DNA of 64,000 nucleotides from Patescibacteria group bacterium (GCA_035479015.1 DATIJC010000002.1:9777-73776), one strand, 5' to 3'. Shown: positions 18,492-28,789, counted from the first letter of the stretch. Numbers and translations: made by a program. Notes: generated by a model not told the origin, from the sequence alone.

Positions 18492-18800
18492 GTGACCAAG
18501 TTTAGCGCATACTACCAACAGATGTGGGAAGAGAACGAAACCGCCTTGCGGAAATTTCAAGATGCCCACGATACCTACAAAGCGAACCAGCGTAATACTG
18601 GGGCCAAAACTGCCTTTGATACTGTAGGTAAAGAAGTTCTTGAATTGATTCACACCTGGGACCAGCGCTTGTGTACACAAATGGAACGAGGTAAAAATGG
18701 GGTCTTCTCTTCTAAAGTCTCCGAGAAATTCTGGGCCGAAGTAAAGAAAGATTTCCCTCTTATTGATCTCGTCGGCGTCGAGGTTTCATTCGCGCAGTAA
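18492..18800 (+). CDS. Hypothetical protein
   Basis: 102 aa ORF with no motif. It overlaps a convergent membrane-protein gene by about 40 nt. Confidence 0.35.
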   Translation: MTKFSAYYQQMWEENETALRKFQDAHDTYKANQRNTGAKTAFDTVGKEVLELIHTWDQRLCTQMERGKNGVFSSKVSEKFWAEVKKDFPLIDLVGVEVSFAQ

Positions 18801-19833
18801 CAAAAAATAACAGCAGTGCAGCCCAGTAGTAATGTGATGCGAGAACGCCATTCCAAAACGTGTGTGGCGCAATCTGAAGATATGGAAATTGGATATACCA
18901 CAAAATAAAAGACAGTACGCAGGCAGCAGTACGCAGTGAAAAGACATTTTTTCTCAATTCAAAAAAAATAAGAACATATATTGGAAAGAGCATGACGAAA
19001 TAGTGCTGCCATAGAACCGGTGAGAACAAAAAGATTGCCAACACCCACAGCTTCTTACCCTTTTTCAAAAATGCGACTGCTATAAATAAAAGCGAGACTA
19101 AAGATGATAGATATGGAAAAGCAATATGTAACCGGCACAGAGTACTTCGCAGTGACTGGTTGTAGTAATCCAAATTTGATGCACAGGAGTTTGTACTAAA
19201 CAGCGGGATGAATGTATTCCGGACGAAATACTCATACCAACTGATTTTCATAAAGGCAAACGTTAGGACAGTTATCAACAAGCTAAAAAATATAAACTGG
19301 ATGAACACTTTTGGTTTCGATAAGAAAAAAATGCCCAACGGAAAAAAGAAAGTCTTCAGGATCCCCAAACCAACTACGGATAAAACTGACAGTGTTTGAT
19401 TTTCAAACAGCAAAAATACTGTCACCAACAGTGCACCAAGCAGTGCAGGTTGCCCCATCAGTAGACTAAATCGGGTTACAAACGCACTAAAAAGAATAGT
19501 TGCTGACAGCAATATCCATTTCTTACTTAAAAGTAAGCAGATCAAATACCCGGCTGCAATATTTATGATTAAAAATGTCAACTGAGCAGAAGGCAATTTT
19601 AAAAAGGAGAACGGCAGATACAGTAAAAATGTGGACGGTGCACCCAGTGTCGCCGTACTGTTAGTGCTATAGGGATTTTGACCAGCACGGATAGACCCAA
19701 CTAACTGTATGTAGCTATCAAAGTCCTGTAAATTTCTCGAACCGGAAAAAAAATGTAGTCTGGAGATAAGAATCCCCATCACTATCACATGGAGAATAAA
19801 CAACGATACTACGAACCTATTGGCCACTCGCAT
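18760..19833 (-). CDS. Polytopic membrane protein (possible glycosyltransferase-like or DUF2029-like)
   Basis: 357 aa protein with many TM helices and an N-terminal loop. Confidence 0.5.
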   Translation of the reverse strand: MRVANRFVVSLFILHVIVMGILISRLHFFSGSRNLQDFDSYIQLVGSIRAGQNPYSTNSTATLGAPSTFLLYLPFSFLKLPSAQLTFLIINIAAGYLICLLLSKKWILLSATILFSAFVTRFSLLMGQPALLGALLVTVFLLFENQTLSVLSVVGLGILKTFFFPLGIFFLSKPKVFIQFIFFSLLITVLTFAFMKISWYEYFVRNTFIPLFSTNSCASNLDYYNQSLRSTLCRLHIAFPYLSSLVSLLFIAVAFLKKGKKLWVLAIFLFSPVLWQHYFVMLFPIYVLIFFELRKNVFSLRTAACVLSFILWYIQFPYLQIAPHTFWNGVLASHYYWAALLLFFVTARMKPRRRRDQ

Positions 19834-19969
19834 ACGTGCTTTTTATTTCCTTTGGGTGTGCGGTTAACCACACACTTATAAAAGCACCTGAGAGTAAAAG
19901 CAAGAGTGAGACCACCGAAGCAATCACAATGAGGTACTCACCTAAGAAATCAACTGGAATCCTCTTCAT
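19817..19969 (-). CDS. Small single-TM protein, translationally coupled to the S53 peptidase gene (ATGA overlap)
   Basis: Reads MKRIPVDFLGEYLIVIASVVSLLLLLSGAFISVWLTAHPKEIK. Its start overlaps the peptidase stop codon. Confidence 0.3.
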   Translation of the reverse strand: MKRIPVDFLGEYLIVIASVVSLLLLLSGAFISVWLTAHPKEIKSTYASGQ

Positions 19970-21117
19970 GGCGTACCTACTCCGGTAGGTCCATCGTAAC
20001 CCACTACGCCAGTGCATAACAGGGAACCACCACAACTTCCATTGCTACCACTTATCACATCGTGAAAAGTGATCGCATTGGCGTACAGCGAAGTCCTACT
20101 ATCAGTTGGAACACCGTTAACTCCATACCACCCGGCCACCAGCGGTGCCGCTAGACTTGTGCCACCGACTTGGAACCAGCCTGCGCGACCCTGATAGCGG
20201 ACACTGTCATACACAGCAGCACCTGTGTTGGGATCCGCATCCGCGGAGACATCTGCGACAACTCTGTTTGTGCAAGTGCTAGTCAAGAAATTCTGAAACC
20301 CGGGCTGTGATTCGAATGCACTGCAACCACTTCCAGCTCCATTCCATACCGATTCGCTGCTATATGCGCTACCCGACAAGAATAGGCTAGTTCCACCCAC
20401 AGCAGTCACATAGCGTGAGGCTGCAGGATACTGCACTCCATACCCACTATCACCGCTGCTAAAGAGAAATGCTGTAGTCGTATTATCCTGGAAATGAACA
20501 TCAAAGCTTCCCTCTCCGGAAAATTCACTTGAACCGTAAGAATTTGAGATTACCCGTGCACCCAAATTTTTTGCGGTGTCTACGGCAGTCATGAGATCGC
20601 TGTAGCTGGCGCTATTTGCCTCAACTAAAATAAGCTTGCAAGTCGGACACATCGCATGTGCTACTTCTACGTCCAGTGAAATTTCTAGTGCCCAACCTGG
20701 ATTGCTTTTCGGATAGTTACCCACCTGTCCATTTTGATTCACTTTTAGGAAAGTTGGATCAGGTAAACTAAATTGTCTATCATATGTTGCCAGATCTGAT
20801 GCAATCTTTGGATCATCATATGCATCGACGACAGCAATGATGTTATTTTGTGATCCTACTCCAGCAACTCCATAAGCATTCTGAAATTGAGCTGGCGATA
20901 ATCCACTTGGGATATTTTGGATTGCCGGTTGGCCAGTCCTATCTACCACCACCCGTGCATTACAGCGAACATCTCCAGGTACTGCTGCACCGCAGACAGG
21001 AAGGTGCGACAGACCGAAATCTGAATTACCTGGACCATTTGCTGAAACTGTATGCACAGCAACAGATGATAAGAGAGCAAGTAACAACACCGCAAACAAG
21101 GATTTCAGTTTATTCAT
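19966..21117 (-). CDS. Secreted peptidase S53 (sedolisin/kumamolisin-like)
   Basis: Has a signal peptide from the ATG at 21117, a propeptide, and a catalytic Ser motif GGTSLAAP. The track ORF extends to 21240. Confidence 0.65.
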   Translation of the reverse strand: MNKLKSLFAVLLLALLSSVAVHTVSANGPGNSDFGLSHLPVCGAAVPGDVRCNARVVVDRTGQPAIQNIPSGLSPAQFQNAYGVAGVGSQNNIIAVVDAYDDPKIASDLATYDRQFSLPDPTFLKVNQNGQVGNYPKSNPGWALEISLDVEVAHAMCPTCKLILVEANSASYSDLMTAVDTAKNLGARVISNSYGSSEFSGEGSFDVHFQDNTTTAFLFSSGDSGYGVQYPAASRYVTAVGGTSLFLSGSAYSSESVWNGAGSGCSAFESQPGFQNFLTSTCTNRVVADVSADADPNTGAAVYDSVRYQGRAGWFQVGGTSLAAPLVAGWYGVNGVPTDSRTSLYANAITFHDVISGSNGSCGGSLLCTGVVGYDGPTGVGTP

Positions 21118-21174
21118 ATTATGTTCATTGTATCGAACGTAGTTACAACTAGTCAAATGGAATAGAATGGAGCT

Positions 21175-22935
21175 ATGTTTAAGCTGCCGCTCTTCGTTCT
21201 CAGCTGTGGAATACTCGCACTTGTGAGCACACTTCTTCACAGTGAGCTGATGACAGATTCTATTCTTCTTCTTGGCATTCTTTTGGGCAGTTTTCCGCTA
21301 CTAAAAGATACATGGATCTCACTGACTCATAAAAGCATCGCACTCGATTACATCGCCATCCTTGCTATCATCACCGGACTATTAACACGAGAATTTGCTG
21401 TATCACTTGTCATCGTACTAATGATGAGCAGTGGAAAAGCGCTAGAGGACTATGCCAATGAGCGGGCGCGCTTTGCCCTGAAAGCGCTGGCAAATCGTAT
21501 TCCCCATGCTGTGGAGGTGATCGATGCAAATGGGGATCAGCACACACAACCGATCGAACACGTAGAGATAGGGACACACATATTGGTGCGTAAAGGCGAG
21601 GTTGTTCCACTTGATGGTGTATTAAAAAGTACGGAAGGTTCATTTGATGAATCAAGCCTCACAGGTGAGCCGTATCCCGATGTAAAAAAACAACATGAAG
21701 TTGTCCACAGCGGTACCGTCAACGTCGGTGAGAGTGTTGAGATCATTACGACAGTTCGCGATGCACAGTCTACATATAGAAATATCATCCGCCTCGTCGA
21801 TCAAGCGGAAAAAGAAAAAGCACCTTTTATCCGTTTAGCGGATAAATTAAGCCTAGGTTTCACGCTCATCACCATACTGCTCGCCGCAATCGCCTATATA
21901 ATCTCGCACGATCCTTCACGAATTCTCGCGGTGCTTGTTATCGCAACTCCCTGCCCACTTTTGCTTGCTACACCCATTGCCTTTATAGGTGGCGTGAATC
22001 TCTCTGCCAAAAACCGTATTATTTGCAAACGACTATCGGGATTAGAAGTGTTATCAGCAGTGAAGGCAATTATTTTTGATAAGACAGGCACACTGACTTT
22101 TGGAATCCCGCAGTTGGCTCACATCACCACTCAAGGCAAGTTATCAGAGACCAAAGTCTTGGAAATTGCAGCAGGCATCGAGCGCAACTCACTACATCCT
22201 TTTGCAAAAGCGATTGTTGCTGCTGCCAAAGAGAAAAAAGTAGAAGTTTCGAAGTTCGACTCCGTCCACGAAGAAATTGGAAAGGGCCTTGTCGCCAGTA
22301 TCGGGAACCAAACGTATACGTTGATAAAAGATGGCACAGCCGCAAAACCATCGGTTGTACTTTCGCAAGGCGGTCATCAACTAGCAAGCTTTACCTTCCG
22401 CGAGGAATTGCGCCCGAATGCAATCGCGACGCTTCAAAAACTTGAGTCAGCAGGAAGAAAATTGGTGGTGTGCACAGGAGATAAACTGGCAAACGCGAGA
22501 GAGACATTGCGCAATTTGCCTGAAAGTATCCGCTTGCGGGCCGATTGCACACCAGAAGATAAGCGGGAAGTGATACTTGCCTTCAGGTCAAAAAAAATAA
22601 CGACTGCGATGGTGGGTGACGGGATAAATGACGCACCAGCTCTAGCACTTGCAGACGTTGGTCTCGTGTTTAGTCATGACGAACATACTGCTGCCTCCGA
22701 AGCTGCTGATATTGTGCTCCTCGGCGGAAATATCGGCGATATCGAGAAAGCGATAGGTATTGCCAAACGGACAATGAGAATTGCTAAAGAAAGCATGTAT
22801 GTAGGCGTTGGTCTAAGTATCGCCGGCATGCTGCTCGCCACAACCGGTCACCTTCCTCCAATATACGGGGCCATTGCGCAAGAAGTCATTGATGTTTGTG
22901 TCATCTTAAATGCTCTGCGTGCTTCAAAACTTTAA
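21175..22935 (+). CDS. Cation-transporting P-type ATPase (P1B-like with CPx motif, no N-terminal metal-binding domain)
   Basis: Contains DKTGTLT and GDGINDAPAL motifs and a TPCPLL motif in the TM region. Confidence 0.8.
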   Translation: MFKLPLFVLSCGILALVSTLLHSELMTDSILLLGILLGSFPLLKDTWISLTHKSIALDYIAILAIITGLLTREFAVSLVIVLMMSSGKALEDYANERARFALKALANRIPHAVEVIDANGDQHTQPIEHVEIGTHILVRKGEVVPLDGVLKSTEGSFDESSLTGEPYPDVKKQHEVVHSGTVNVGESVEIITTVRDAQSTYRNIIRLVDQAEKEKAPFIRLADKLSLGFTLITILLAAIAYIISHDPSRILAVLVIATPCPLLLATPIAFIGGVNLSAKNRIICKRLSGLEVLSAVKAIIFDKTGTLTFGIPQLAHITTQGKLSETKVLEIAAGIERNSLHPFAKAIVAAAKEKKVEVSKFDSVHEEIGKGLVASIGNQTYTLIKDGTAAKPSVVLSQGGHQLASFTFREELRPNAIATLQKLESAGRKLVVCTGDKLANARETLRNLPESIRLRADCTPEDKREVILAFRSKKITTAMVGDGINDAPALALADVGLVFSHDEHTAASEAADIVLLGGNIGDIEKAIGIAKRTMRIAKESMYVGVGLSIAGMLLATTGHLPPIYGAIAQEVIDVCVILNALRASKL

Positions 22936-23124
22936 TAGACCTAGCACTTTGTAGATTAGTAGTGCTGGCCAGACACAGGCTTTAAAGACTCCGATAATTC
23001 CATCCGTAAGTGATCCCGCATGCTGGACAAAGTACACCAGTGCACCGATGAATCCTAGTCCGTAGACTGCTCCGCCTCCGCCCCGCCAATTTTTGGGATT
23101 TTTCATATATAAAAAGTCTAGCAC
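22924..23124 (-). CDS. Small Gly-rich membrane protein, hypothetical
   Basis: 66 aa protein with a GGGGAVYGLGFIGALVYF stretch. Confidence 0.3.
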   Translation of the reverse strand: MLDFLYMKNPKNWRGGGGAVYGLGFIGALVYFVQHAGSLTDGIIGVFKACVWPALLIYKVLGLLKF

Positions 23125-23969
23125 TACTCAAAAACTTTAGCTTGAATGAAGTAATTTGCTAGCTGATCTTCTATCAGATTTACACCCAACTGCGATGGGT
23201 GAATATGATATTGAGGCTCAATATATTTTAGTAAACCACTCCCATTTCTATCCTTTGTCAAATGATAGACATCCACCAACGGTATGTTGTGATCCTTGGC
23301 AAATTTAATATGGTTCTCAATATAGAGGTCCCGTTCAGTAGCCCATTCATTTCGTTGTGCGGGAGTGAGTTTTACTTCTCCCACTCCGTACATCGTGTGT
23401 GACGGAGCTATGGTCGCCAAAAAAACTATTAGACTATTCGGCCGCTCACGCACCAATATTCTCATGGCAGTCTTCAAAGACTCATTGGCTTTGTCTATCC
23501 CTTCTGTGGTTCCCAAATATGAAAGTGGGTTATATCCAAATGATTCAATGACGATAATGTCGAATGATTTGGAGAGTACCGCATCATACAGTGCTCCCGA
23601 CTCTGTACTCTTAGAGAGTAGACGGTCCTGTAAACTAGCGACATTTGATGCCGGCGCACTTTCATTCCGGACAATTAGTCCAACATCTAGGTATTTATCT
23701 TCTATATCTTTGCGAAACAGATCAGTATATGGACCCAGTGCGGCGGTCATAGAGTCGCCCAAAAAAACTACTGTGTAATCATGCTTCTTGGGTAACTTTG
23801 GCGCTGTATATAGCACGAAGGGTAGCTCCGGCTTTGGCGCGGGCGTGACGGATGGTACAGGGATATCAGTTTGGACACTCGGTCCTGGATATGTTCGTGG
23901 CTGTCTGAGTAACAGAACCACCGCAGCCAAACTAACTATGACAATCGTAAGAACGGTGTATCTTCGCAC
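23124..23969 (-). CDS. SGNH/GDSL-type hydrolase, secreted
   Basis: Has an N-terminal TM/signal segment and a GDSM block (VVFLGDSMTAALG). Confidence 0.6.
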   Translation of the reverse strand: MRRYTVLTIVIVSLAAVVLLLRQPRTYPGPSVQTDIPVPSVTPAPKPELPFVLYTAPKLPKKHDYTVVFLGDSMTAALGPYTDLFRKDIEDKYLDVGLIVRNESAPASNVASLQDRLLSKSTESGALYDAVLSKSFDIIVIESFGYNPLSYLGTTEGIDKANESLKTAMRILVRERPNSLIVFLATIAPSHTMYGVGEVKLTPAQRNEWATERDLYIENHIKFAKDHNIPLVDVYHLTKDRNGSGLLKYIEPQYHIHPSQLGVNLIEDQLANYFIQAKVFE

Positions 23970-24139
23970 AGAATAAGACTATCATGCTCGATATGCGGTT
24001 GCCAGACTTGTGCTCTGATCGGGAACATTTGTTCTCGATCGAGTATTTCCGCTTTGCTCCCTAGATTCGTGCGAGCAGCTAAATTCAAATCTATGACAGG
24101 ATAGAAGAAAATCGAGCAGTGCTCGCCTTTTTCAACATG

Positions 24140-24210
24140 TTGCCAGACTTGGATTCGAACCAAGATAATATCCTTCAGAGGGATATGTCCTACCATTAGA
24201 CGATCTGGCA
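24140..24210 (-). tRNA. tRNA-Gln (CTG)
   Basis: Manual fold gives acceptor UGCCAGA/UCUGGCA (U1-A72), anticodon stem UAUCC/GGAUA with loop CUCUGAA, and T-loop GGUUCGAAUCC. There is no encoded CCA. Confidence 0.8.
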
Positions 24211-24558
24211 TCAAATTTTAATTAGACCTGCATGTATTTTTCTGTGGCAATTTGCGCAAACCACAATACATTTGTCTATCTCAGTTTTAATTCTTTCTAT
24301 CCCCCAGCCCTTTTGCCAAAACATTGATACGCTAATTATCTTTGTTTCCTTATTTCGGTGGTGAAAATCAAGACACGCAGTTGTACTTTCACCACAGATT
24401 TCGCAAGACAATGTTGATCTATATTCTTTTAGCCAAGCAGCTATCTTGTCTCTCCTGCCCCAGATTCTCCTCTTTTCCTCTTCAGTATGTTCTTTATAGT
24501 GTCGCTTATTCCAAAGAGTTTTGTATTCTTTCTCTCTTTTTGGATCAGAGTATGGCAT
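24211..24558 (-). CDS. HNH endonuclease
   Basis: Contains CEICGE...HHRN...CANCHRKIH (HNH motif with zinc ligands). It abuts the 5' end of tRNA-Gln. Confidence 0.6.
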   Translation of the reverse strand: MPYSDPKREKEYKTLWNKRHYKEHTEEEKRRIWGRRDKIAAWLKEYRSTLSCEICGESTTACLDFHHRNKETKIISVSMFWQKGWGIERIKTEIDKCIVVCANCHRKIHAGLIKI

Positions 24559-24668
24559 TAGTCAAGTGTAGTAGGTTCTGGACATTTAATCAATTCCAGA
24601 CACCCGACAATTTACTCTTGATGTTCCGCTCCCACTATTTTACCAGAGAATCTGGTAGTATCGAGGAC

Positions 24669-24935
24669 ATGCCGTTTATCGTCTATATCCTGAGGACTAG
24701 CAGGGACACCCTCTACACCGGACAGACAAATGATCTCAAGAAGCGGATGGAAGAACACCGAAGTAAAACCTCCAAGTCATCCAAGTACATGCGCGCCTTT
24801 GGACCATTTGAGCTTGTTCACAGCGAAGAGTTTGCAACACGCAGTGAAGCTATGCAGCGCGAGGCAGAAATTAAAAAACTGACGAAGATTCAAAAAGAGA
24901 ATTTGATTAGTAACGAAAAATATTTGTTACAATAA
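24669..24935 (+). CDS. GIY-YIG nuclease family protein (UPF0213-like)
   Basis: Contains FIVYILRTSRDTLYTGQTNDLKKRMEEH, matching the GIY-YIG core. The ATG at 24669 lies within the longer track ORF 24342-24935. Confidence 0.65.
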   Translation: MPFIVYILRTSRDTLYTGQTNDLKKRMEEHRSKTSKSSKYMRAFGPFELVHSEEFATRSEAMQREAEIKKLTKIQKENLISNEKYLLQ

Positions 24936-24938
24936 TGT

Positions 24939-25334
24939 ATGGCAGATAAGGTGGAGAAAGCTCTCATTCTTACTTCAATCGCTGGTGGCGCTCTTGAGAG
25001 CATTGTCTTCTGGCAGTTACTCAAATACGCGTTTGCTTTGACTCCAGACTTACAGATAAATGGGGCACAGATCGCTGCCACAATCATAGGCGGGTTAATC
25101 TTTTATATTGGCCAAGCTGCCAGCGAAGGTTCTCATGGTTTTGGCATGGAATTTTCCACGGGCTTTTTCTTAGGTTCTTCAATTCAAATATCTCATGACA
25201 TAGGTGTGGTATCAGCCGCGTTTCCATACCTACTCACACTTATAACCGGATATGGTCCATTCAAAAGATTTACCGGGAGTTCAGATTTTTTGAACAAAGA
25301 AACTAGCGATGAGTCCGACAACAAAAAGGAGTGA
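24939..25334 (+). CDS. Hypothetical small membrane protein
   Basis: 131 aa protein with two to three hydrophobic helices. Confidence 0.35.
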   Translation: MADKVEKALILTSIAGGALESIVFWQLLKYAFALTPDLQINGAQIAATIIGGLIFYIGQAASEGSHGFGMEFSTGFFLGSSIQISHDIGVVSAAFPYLLTLITGYGPFKRFTGSSDFLNKETSDESDNKKE

Positions 25335-26288
25335 TTGGAATGCGATATTTGGCAGAGAAGTATCTCTATAGGTCGCCGAGAAAATAATACGCAACAGCAA
25401 CGTGTGACAGAGATAAATAAGATACGACTGCTCTCCCAAAAACTCTAAAACATGCCTTACAGTACTTTGAATTTTCAGCAACTGTGCTCGCACTGCGATA
25501 GACACTCCTATAAATCCCGACGCATACAAAACTATTGGGAAACGTGTAAAACGCAGAGCATTAATCGTGTCGTATCCTCTGCCAACTAGTACGAATCCAC
25601 TGATGACACACAGAGTCAAACCAACCAAAGTTTTCAAGCCAAAAAAACCAATGTGAAACTTAGGCATACCCTTCTCCAATGAAAGTCGCATTCCCAAGCC
25701 AAAGTAAAAAATCCAACTAAAAGAAAAGAGGTACTGGTAATTATTACGCAAGGCAGCTATCCATCCACCAGCTCCTGCCATAAATGGCGAATACAAAAAT
25801 AGCGTGACGAGTTGAACTATTAAGAGACATATAAGAAACAGATTTTTATTTTTTAACATGCCAAAACGAAGTATCGGAAATAATAGATAGAGTTGAATAA
25901 TCATTGGCACAAAGTAGAGTTGATAGTCGCCGTAGCCAAGTAACAATTTGTTTAACAAATCAAAATGAAGCGTATGACCAATTGCAACACTGAGCACTAC
26001 AGTCCACAAAATATAGAGCGGCAGCAAACGCATTACTCGGCGCCAAAAAAATGAACTGAGAGTAAGTTTGTCCGCGTACTTACTCATCAGCGCATACCCT
26101 GAGAGCGCGATAAACAGTGGCACACAAAACCGGGCAGCCTGATCAGCGACCACCAACCAGAAATTACCTGTATATATGGTGGCGTACAGATTATGGACGC
26201 TAGATAGTGTATGAAGGAAGATAACACCCAGGATCGCAATGCCTTTTAAAATTGTCGTTGTGCGAATGTCATCTTTGAGCGCTAGCAT
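25281..26288 (-). CDS. Acyltransferase family 3 (OatA-like) membrane protein
   Basis: 335 aa protein with about 10 TM helices and acyltransferase_3 topology. Confidence 0.65.
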   Translation of the reverse strand: MLALKDDIRTTTILKGIAILGVIFLHTLSSVHNLYATIYTGNFWLVVADQAARFCVPLFIALSGYALMSKYADKLTLSSFFWRRVMRLLPLYILWTVVLSVAIGHTLHFDLLNKLLLGYGDYQLYFVPMIIQLYLLFPILRFGMLKNKNLFLICLLIVQLVTLFLYSPFMAGAGGWIAALRNNYQYLFSFSWIFYFGLGMRLSLEKGMPKFHIGFFGLKTLVGLTLCVISGFVLVGRGYDTINALRFTRFPIVLYASGFIGVSIAVRAQLLKIQSTVRHVLEFLGEQSYLIYLCHTLLLRIIFSATYRDTSLPNIAFQSLLFVVGLIASFFVQKI

Positions 26289-27667
26289 AATGTGATTGCA
26301 GCCTTCACACGGGATAGTGTCAATTGTTTACCCAACACTCTAATCGTGTCAAATAAAGGGGGTGAAACTGTCCTACCTGTGACCGCCACGCGAAGCGTAG
26401 TAAAGAAGGCACCACGGTTCCAGCCTTTGCTATCTACCATCGCCAGCATCTCAGTTTCTTCAAAAGATTTTTCTAATGTACTCAGAGCTGCTTCTAAATA
26501 CTTTTTGGCTTCACTCATACTGGATTTTTTACCCATCAATTCTTCTACAGTTGGATGAATATCATGGTAGAAAAATTCGGTCAGCGGACCGATATCATGC
26601 AGCGTCACGAGACGCTCACGTACCAGTGGCAAAATCTTTGGCAATAAATCCTGAGGAAAGTCATCTGGTAAAAATGGAAAGAGGGCGGTCTCTACTTCAT
26701 CTGTCTTCAATACCTCACGGATATACTTCCCATTCATCCAGTCCAATTTTTTGACATCAAAGATCGGCCCAGTAGTTTGCATCCTGGAAAATGAAAACAC
26801 CTTGATAAATTCCTGCAGTGCAAAGATATCTTTTTCATCTGGATGCGACCAACCCATGAGACACAAATAGTTTCTAAGAGCCTGCGGCAGATACCCTTTC
26901 TCTTTATAGCTTGGGATCGAAACATCATTCTTGCGCTTACTCATTTTGGTTTTGTCCACGTTGCGCAACAGTGGCATGTGCGCAAATACAGGCAGCTGCC
27001 AACCAAAGTAGCGATAGAGCAAAATGTGTTTGGGTGTGCTGCTAATCCACTCTTCTCCACGGATAACGTGAGAGATTTGCATTCGGTTGTCGTCCACCAC
27101 AACAGCTAGATGATATGTCGGAAATCCATCCGACTTCATCAGGACCTGATCATCCAGTTCTTTGGTGTTTATCGAAATAGTGCCACGAACGAGATCATCC
27201 CAACTGATCATCTCATTATCTGGCATTTTCATACGGATCACGTGGCGCTCCCCACTATCGAGCCTCTTCTGGACCTCTTCTTTTGGTAGATGCGTACATA
27301 AGCGGTCATAGCGAGGAATTTCTTTGCGGGCTTGTTGTTCTTTACGCATAGTTTCCAAGCGCTCGGGCGTGCAGAAACAGTAGTAGGCGTGACCTTTTTG
27401 AATAAGTGTCTGCACGGCAGCACTGTAATCTTCTAAATGCTCGGACTGCCGAAAAGTTTTGGTATACGGGATCTCAAGCCAGTCGAGTGAATCATAGATC
27501 ACTTGTTCTGCACCTTCCACGAAGCGTGCCCTATCCGTATCTTCTATGCGAACTAAAAATTCACCATCATTCTGACGCGCAAACGCGTAATTAAATAGTG
27601 CCATGTAGGCAGTGCCGATATGCGCAATACCGGTCGGAGATGGAGCAATTCTAGTTCGTACAGTCAT
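26282..27667 (-). CDS. gltX: Glutamyl-tRNA synthetase
   Basis: Contains the HIGH motif (HIGTAYMALFNYAF) and the KMSKS motif (KMSKR). Confidence 0.9.
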   Translation of the reverse strand: MTVRTRIAPSPTGIAHIGTAYMALFNYAFARQNDGEFLVRIEDTDRARFVEGAEQVIYDSLDWLEIPYTKTFRQSEHLEDYSAAVQTLIQKGHAYYCFCTPERLETMRKEQQARKEIPRYDRLCTHLPKEEVQKRLDSGERHVIRMKMPDNEMISWDDLVRGTISINTKELDDQVLMKSDGFPTYHLAVVVDDNRMQISHVIRGEEWISSTPKHILLYRYFGWQLPVFAHMPLLRNVDKTKMSKRKNDVSIPSYKEKGYLPQALRNYLCLMGWSHPDEKDIFALQEFIKVFSFSRMQTTGPIFDVKKLDWMNGKYIREVLKTDEVETALFPFLPDDFPQDLLPKILPLVRERLVTLHDIGPLTEFFYHDIHPTVEELMGKKSSMSEAKKYLEAALSTLEKSFEETEMLAMVDSKGWNRGAFFTTLRVAVTGRTVSPPLFDTIRVLGKQLTLSRVKAAITLC

Positions 27668-27705
27668 CGGATGATTATACCTCGAATTCTTGTATACTAT
27701 TTACT

Positions 27706-28782
27706 ATGCCCGCAGCGAAACCAGCTTCACCACTTACACTCACTCAAGTTGCTTCATTCATGCGGAAGTTCATAGCGATCGCAGGTGTAACTCTTGCGGT
27801 GATGATAGTCGGCCGTGTGTTCTTAGAAAGCGCAGTAGGATATTGGAAGGCTACTCACCCCGCACCACCGCCTCCACCTACTGCTGTCTTTGGTTTATTA
27901 CCTAGGCTGAAGTTTCCGACAAGCGTCGGAACTGCGACCTCGCTCAAGTTGGAAATCCCTCCCTCCAGACTCCGACCTGTGTCTGACCGCGCAACGGTGT
28001 ACTTTATCCGCTCTAAACGTCCAAGCTTACTAGCCTTGGACAAAGCCAAAGAGCAAGCCGCTACGCTGGGATTTTTATTTGAACCTGATCGCATAGATAC
28101 ACAGACGTATAGATGGAGGAGGACACAGCCGCTGACGTCAGTCCTTGATTACGACATTATTACAGGAATGTTTACCATGAGCTTAGATTGGCAGTCAGAT
28201 CCAAATTTCCTGCAAAATAGTAAACTTCCTATTGAAGATGAAGCTATCTTGAATGTTCGAAGCAGCCTATCGACAGCCGGCCTCCTTGAAAAAGACATCG
28301 CAACGGGCAGCGCACAAGTTTCATACCTTAAATCATCCGGTGGCACATACGAACCCACTGTGAGTTTCTCTGAAGCAGACTTCCTGCAAATAGATCTCTA
28401 CCGCACTCCGGTGAATGGTCAATATCAAGTAGTCACGGAGGAACCAGGTCACGGAACAATACGTGCAATCATTACAGGTTCAAGTGATAAATCTAATTTC
28501 TTTGCCAAATTGGAATACTATTATTTGCCAATCGAGTACGGAATATCTGCTACATATCCCATTATCACCCCCACCAGAGCGTTTCAATTACTATCTGAGG
28601 GGTCAGGATATACTGCCGCGATGCCTACCACAGGCAAAGATGTGATCGTGCGCAATATAAATCTTGCATACTATGATTCAAAAGCCGAACAGCAATACCT
28701 TCAGCCGGTCTATGTCTTAACTGGAGACGGGGGATATGTAGGGTACGTTAGTGCAATTGACCCGCGATACGTAGTACAATAA
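27706..28782 (+). CDS. Hypothetical membrane-anchored or secreted protein, Pro-rich linker
   Basis: 358 aa protein with an N-terminal TM helix followed by a PPPPPP stretch. Confidence 0.5.
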   Translation: MPAAKPASPLTLTQVASFMRKFIAIAGVTLAVMIVGRVFLESAVGYWKATHPAPPPPPTAVFGLLPRLKFPTSVGTATSLKLEIPPSRLRPVSDRATVYFIRSKRPSLLALDKAKEQAATLGFLFEPDRIDTQTYRWRRTQPLTSVLDYDIITGMFTMSLDWQSDPNFLQNSKLPIEDEAILNVRSSLSTAGLLEKDIATGSAQVSYLKSSGGTYEPTVSFSEADFLQIDLYRTPVNGQYQVVTEEPGHGTIRAIITGSSDKSNFFAKLEYYYLPIEYGISATYPIITPTRAFQLLSEGSGYTAAMPTTGKDVIVRNINLAYYDSKAEQQYLQPVYVLTGDGGYVGYVSAIDPRYVVQ

Positions 28783-28789
28783 AACAATT

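Noticed and set aside
22936-22975. Hairpin TAGCACT...AGTGCTA after the P-type ATPase gene, considered as a terminator
   Set aside because: No T-run follows on either strand, and it overlaps the 66-aa minus-strand ORF. It is not convincing as an intrinsic terminator.
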